A DNA stretch of 64,000 nt from Euglena gracilis. Taxonomy: Eukaryota. The notes beneath the pieces are model-generated. The model had not been told where the DNA came from. It did no database searches and saw only the letters and a list, made by a program, of their open reading frames with translations. Made by a program: the position numbers and the translations under genes. Each line of letters begins with the position of its first letter. Position 1 is the first letter of the stretch. Where the stretch lies: NCBI GenBank assembly GCA_039621445.1, contig CP154954.1, forward strand, positions 17,390,589 through 17,454,588, read 5' to 3'. Shown here piece by piece: positions 61,383 through 64,000 of the stretch.

Positions 61383-64000
61383 TTTTGACACCATCACAAT
61401 TTGAAAGCTTTCAAGCTGCCAACGGGCAGCCTGACGGTGTTGCCTTTTGTGTTTTAAGATTTCAAACGAGTGCAAAATGCGAAAAAGAGCCCTCGGGGCT
61501 ATTTTGTATGGAACAAAAAATATATTGCCGTCCGAAGGGCGGCTGGACGGTAGTGCAATTTTCCAAGAACATTCCCCAAAAAGAGCCAAATTTGTCAACA
61601 GAAATGGTTTGCTCCTTTTAAACATTAGAAGCCAAGTCAAGATACATGTGTTTCCTTTTTCCATTTAGAGGGCGGCGAGATGGGAGTGGATATATTCACA
61701 AACAACAACTTCAGATTGGAAAAAGGAAGACTTTTTTCCCCTCCGACCATGAGTTTTGGGCTTGTTTGGCCGCCCAAAGGGCGGCAAGACGGCAGCGATG
61801 TCCAAGGGAGTGCTACCCCCGTGACCCCCCCCCCCCGTGACCCGCCCGTGACCCGAGAATCGAGCCTTCGATTTTCATACAATGCATCAACCTTCATCAC
61901 TTCAGCCTTTCTTTTCATTCATCATTTCAGCCTGCTTTTTGATGTCCAGGTGGCGTTTTTGGTTGCTTTTCATCAATTTTCTGGTTCAAACCACTGAAAG
62001 TTTGCCTTGAGATGGTCTAAAAATGGAAAGAAATGCCAAGATTTGAGGGGAAATTTTTTTCGACCCAAACACTGGCGCTTCTTTGCCATATGAATTTGAC
62101 CCAAAACATTGGCAAAAGGGGAGATTGCGCAAGTAGGAAAGAATTTCATGGCAAAAAGGGAAAAAGGGGGGAGGGGAAACATGAAATTTCTGTGGAAGAC
62201 CCCCCCAAAACAGAAAATAATTGTGTCGGCCGGGCCGAGGGACAATATGGGGGGGGACAATATGGGGGGGGGGTTGGAAGGGTTCCGCCCCTTTCCTGAT
62301 GGGGAGGCAAAACCTGGATGGTACCTCCTGACCACCTCCAAAGTGCCATCCTCCCCCCGTCCCCCCCCCCCGTGACCCCCCCCCCCCCCGTGACCCCCCC
62401 GTGACCCGCACCACCCCCCAGCAACAAAATCACCCAAAAGTTCAATGAAAAGTTGTGTTCTTAATCTGAAAGAATTTTTTCACAAAGTGCAAAAAAAATT
62501 TGGAAGGTAACTTTTTAGGGTTCCGAAAAATTTTTGAGGCAAAAAATCTTTAGGGGGGGGCAAAAAAATCTCGGGGGGGCGCCCCCCCTGCCCCCCAAGT
62601 TTCTACTTCTACACCAATGCCCCCAAGCGCTTGCAAAGACCCTCAATATTCTTCAAAGTTCTTCGTTCAAGCTGGAACTGGACCGGAAGTTCGAGCTTGC
62701 TCCATCAGGACAGACCCCGTTTGTTTTTGATGGTGATGGATGTCCGGGTGCATTTTTTCCAACTTGCAAAGGAGAATGCCTCTCTTTCCCCACGGGTAGA
62801 AGAAATTCTGTCGAAGTTTTTAGACGCCAAGAAATTGCGCGACATTTTTCGTTTGTCTGCCAAGAGAGCTTACAAACATTTTGACACAGTAATGTCAAAG
62901 GACCAATCGGCAAAGGAGGTTCGTATTTTGTGCCCGGGTAATTTAACCGACTTTGAGCATGACATCTCTCAGTATGAAATGTTGCGTCTTCCGCTGGATG
63001 ATGAACAAATTCAGGATGAATGGCGTAAGTATTGCTGCATTGAGAAATCGCATATTGCTACACCTGATTGTGTTGCAACTTTTTGGGTGAACCGACCAGG
63101 TAAATTGGCAGAATATGCAGCTTTTCTGGTTTCTTTGCCAGTGACGTCGGCCGACCTACTTGCAGAACCATTTTGTTCCTTTGTCAAGAACATCCAGAAA
63201 TGGAGCATGGCATAGCAAAACAGGTGAATCCAGACGTCCGCCGCGGTCAGACAAAACGGCATTCAATGTCACCATTGAACAGCATCATAGTGGACAGGCG
63301 ACTAATATTGTCTGGCAAAGAATTCCGGAGTTTTGTATCAATGCACCCCAACAAACTGAAAGAACGCTCAACGTAATCTCCAAGTATGTGCAATTTTGTG
63401 CAATTTTGTGCAATTTTTTTTGCACAGCAATTTTGACCCCCCTATGTGCAATCCCCCCTGTTCTGTGTCCCCGCTGTGGTGTGAGGGTTGGTTTCCCAAC
63501 CACCTCAGATGTTGCCCGCTCCGTTTCGTGTACCACCCCCCCTTTATTTGACCCCCCCCCCTAATTGAGCATTTGGGTCCGGGGAATTTTTTTTTCATGC
63601 GCCGAAGGCGCGGAAATTTTTTTTTGCCCTATTTCTAAAGAAAATTTTGACCTCCCCTTATTTGACCCCCCCCCTTATTTGAGCATTTGGGGGGTCCTTT
63701 GGCGTGTGCTCAAATAAAGGGGGGGGAGTATCTCATGCAACGACACTTATCATTTTGTGTGCGCCGACCTCCGCCGTGCTCCCAAACGTCCCTGGAGATG
63801 CCCGGGATGTTTGTGATGCGGTGTGTCCGTAGTATGTCCCACGAGGTGTTTGCTATATCGAGAACTGTGTCCCAGACGCCGGTTCGGGCGGGAAACCTGT
63901 GCCTGGGACGCCGGTTCGGGCGGTAGCCGCCCGAACCGGCGTCTGGGACACAGTTTTTGAAACCGTGGCTAGGGGGCTCCGGTTTCATGCCCGAACCGGC
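61381..64000 (+). repeat. Segmental duplication of 49959-52479, including a second hAT fragment at 62631-63215
   Basis: Near-identical colinear sequence. The two 194-aa ORFs are identical, while the MITE copy differs in length. Confidence 0.95.

Noticed and set aside
59304-61664. 786-aa ORF suggesting an RT with a novel N-terminus
   Set aside because: It is a chimera. The first ~94 codons come from the duplicated flank (same as ORF 49637-50242), fused at 61381 to a truncated PLE RT.

Overview
Repeat-saturated eukaryotic DNA, probably from a protist. Articulin-like VPV repeats and TIR-bounded non-GT-AG inserts would fit a euglenid, but the host cannot be established from this window. No complete intact host gene is visible. 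Main contents: (1) a truncated, almost CpG-free DIRS-type retrotransposon (RT plus RNase H, ~9.5-11.8 kb). (2) A Ty3/Gypsy retrotransposon (~11.9-21.9 kb) carrying a complete-looking C5-cytosine DNA methyltransferase domain between Gag and protease, with a Gag UGA followed by a readthrough-type stem/pseudoknot; it is cut off before the integrase. (3) A ~19-kb cluster (21.9-41.0 kb) plus one more copy (58.0-61.4 kb) of Penelope-like elements with permuted domain order (GIY-YIG N-terminal to RT). They have a long C-terminal extension containing articulin-like repeats and a 2A-like HDWxxGxRIGEAxxPGP motif, pLTR-like direct repeats, and a type III hammerhead ribozyme with a 10-bp kissing loop between tandem copies. 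(4) A decayed minus-strand gene (43.2-46.5 kb) whose frame is restored across three junctions by removing one TA-targeting DNA transposon and two introner-like TIR inserts. (5) hAT transposase fragments, many MITEs with TA or 8-bp target duplications, and a ~2.5-kb segmental duplication. Several stretches (N gap, poly-G runs, a noisy C/T block) look like assembly or read artefacts, so some frameshifts and junctions may not be real.
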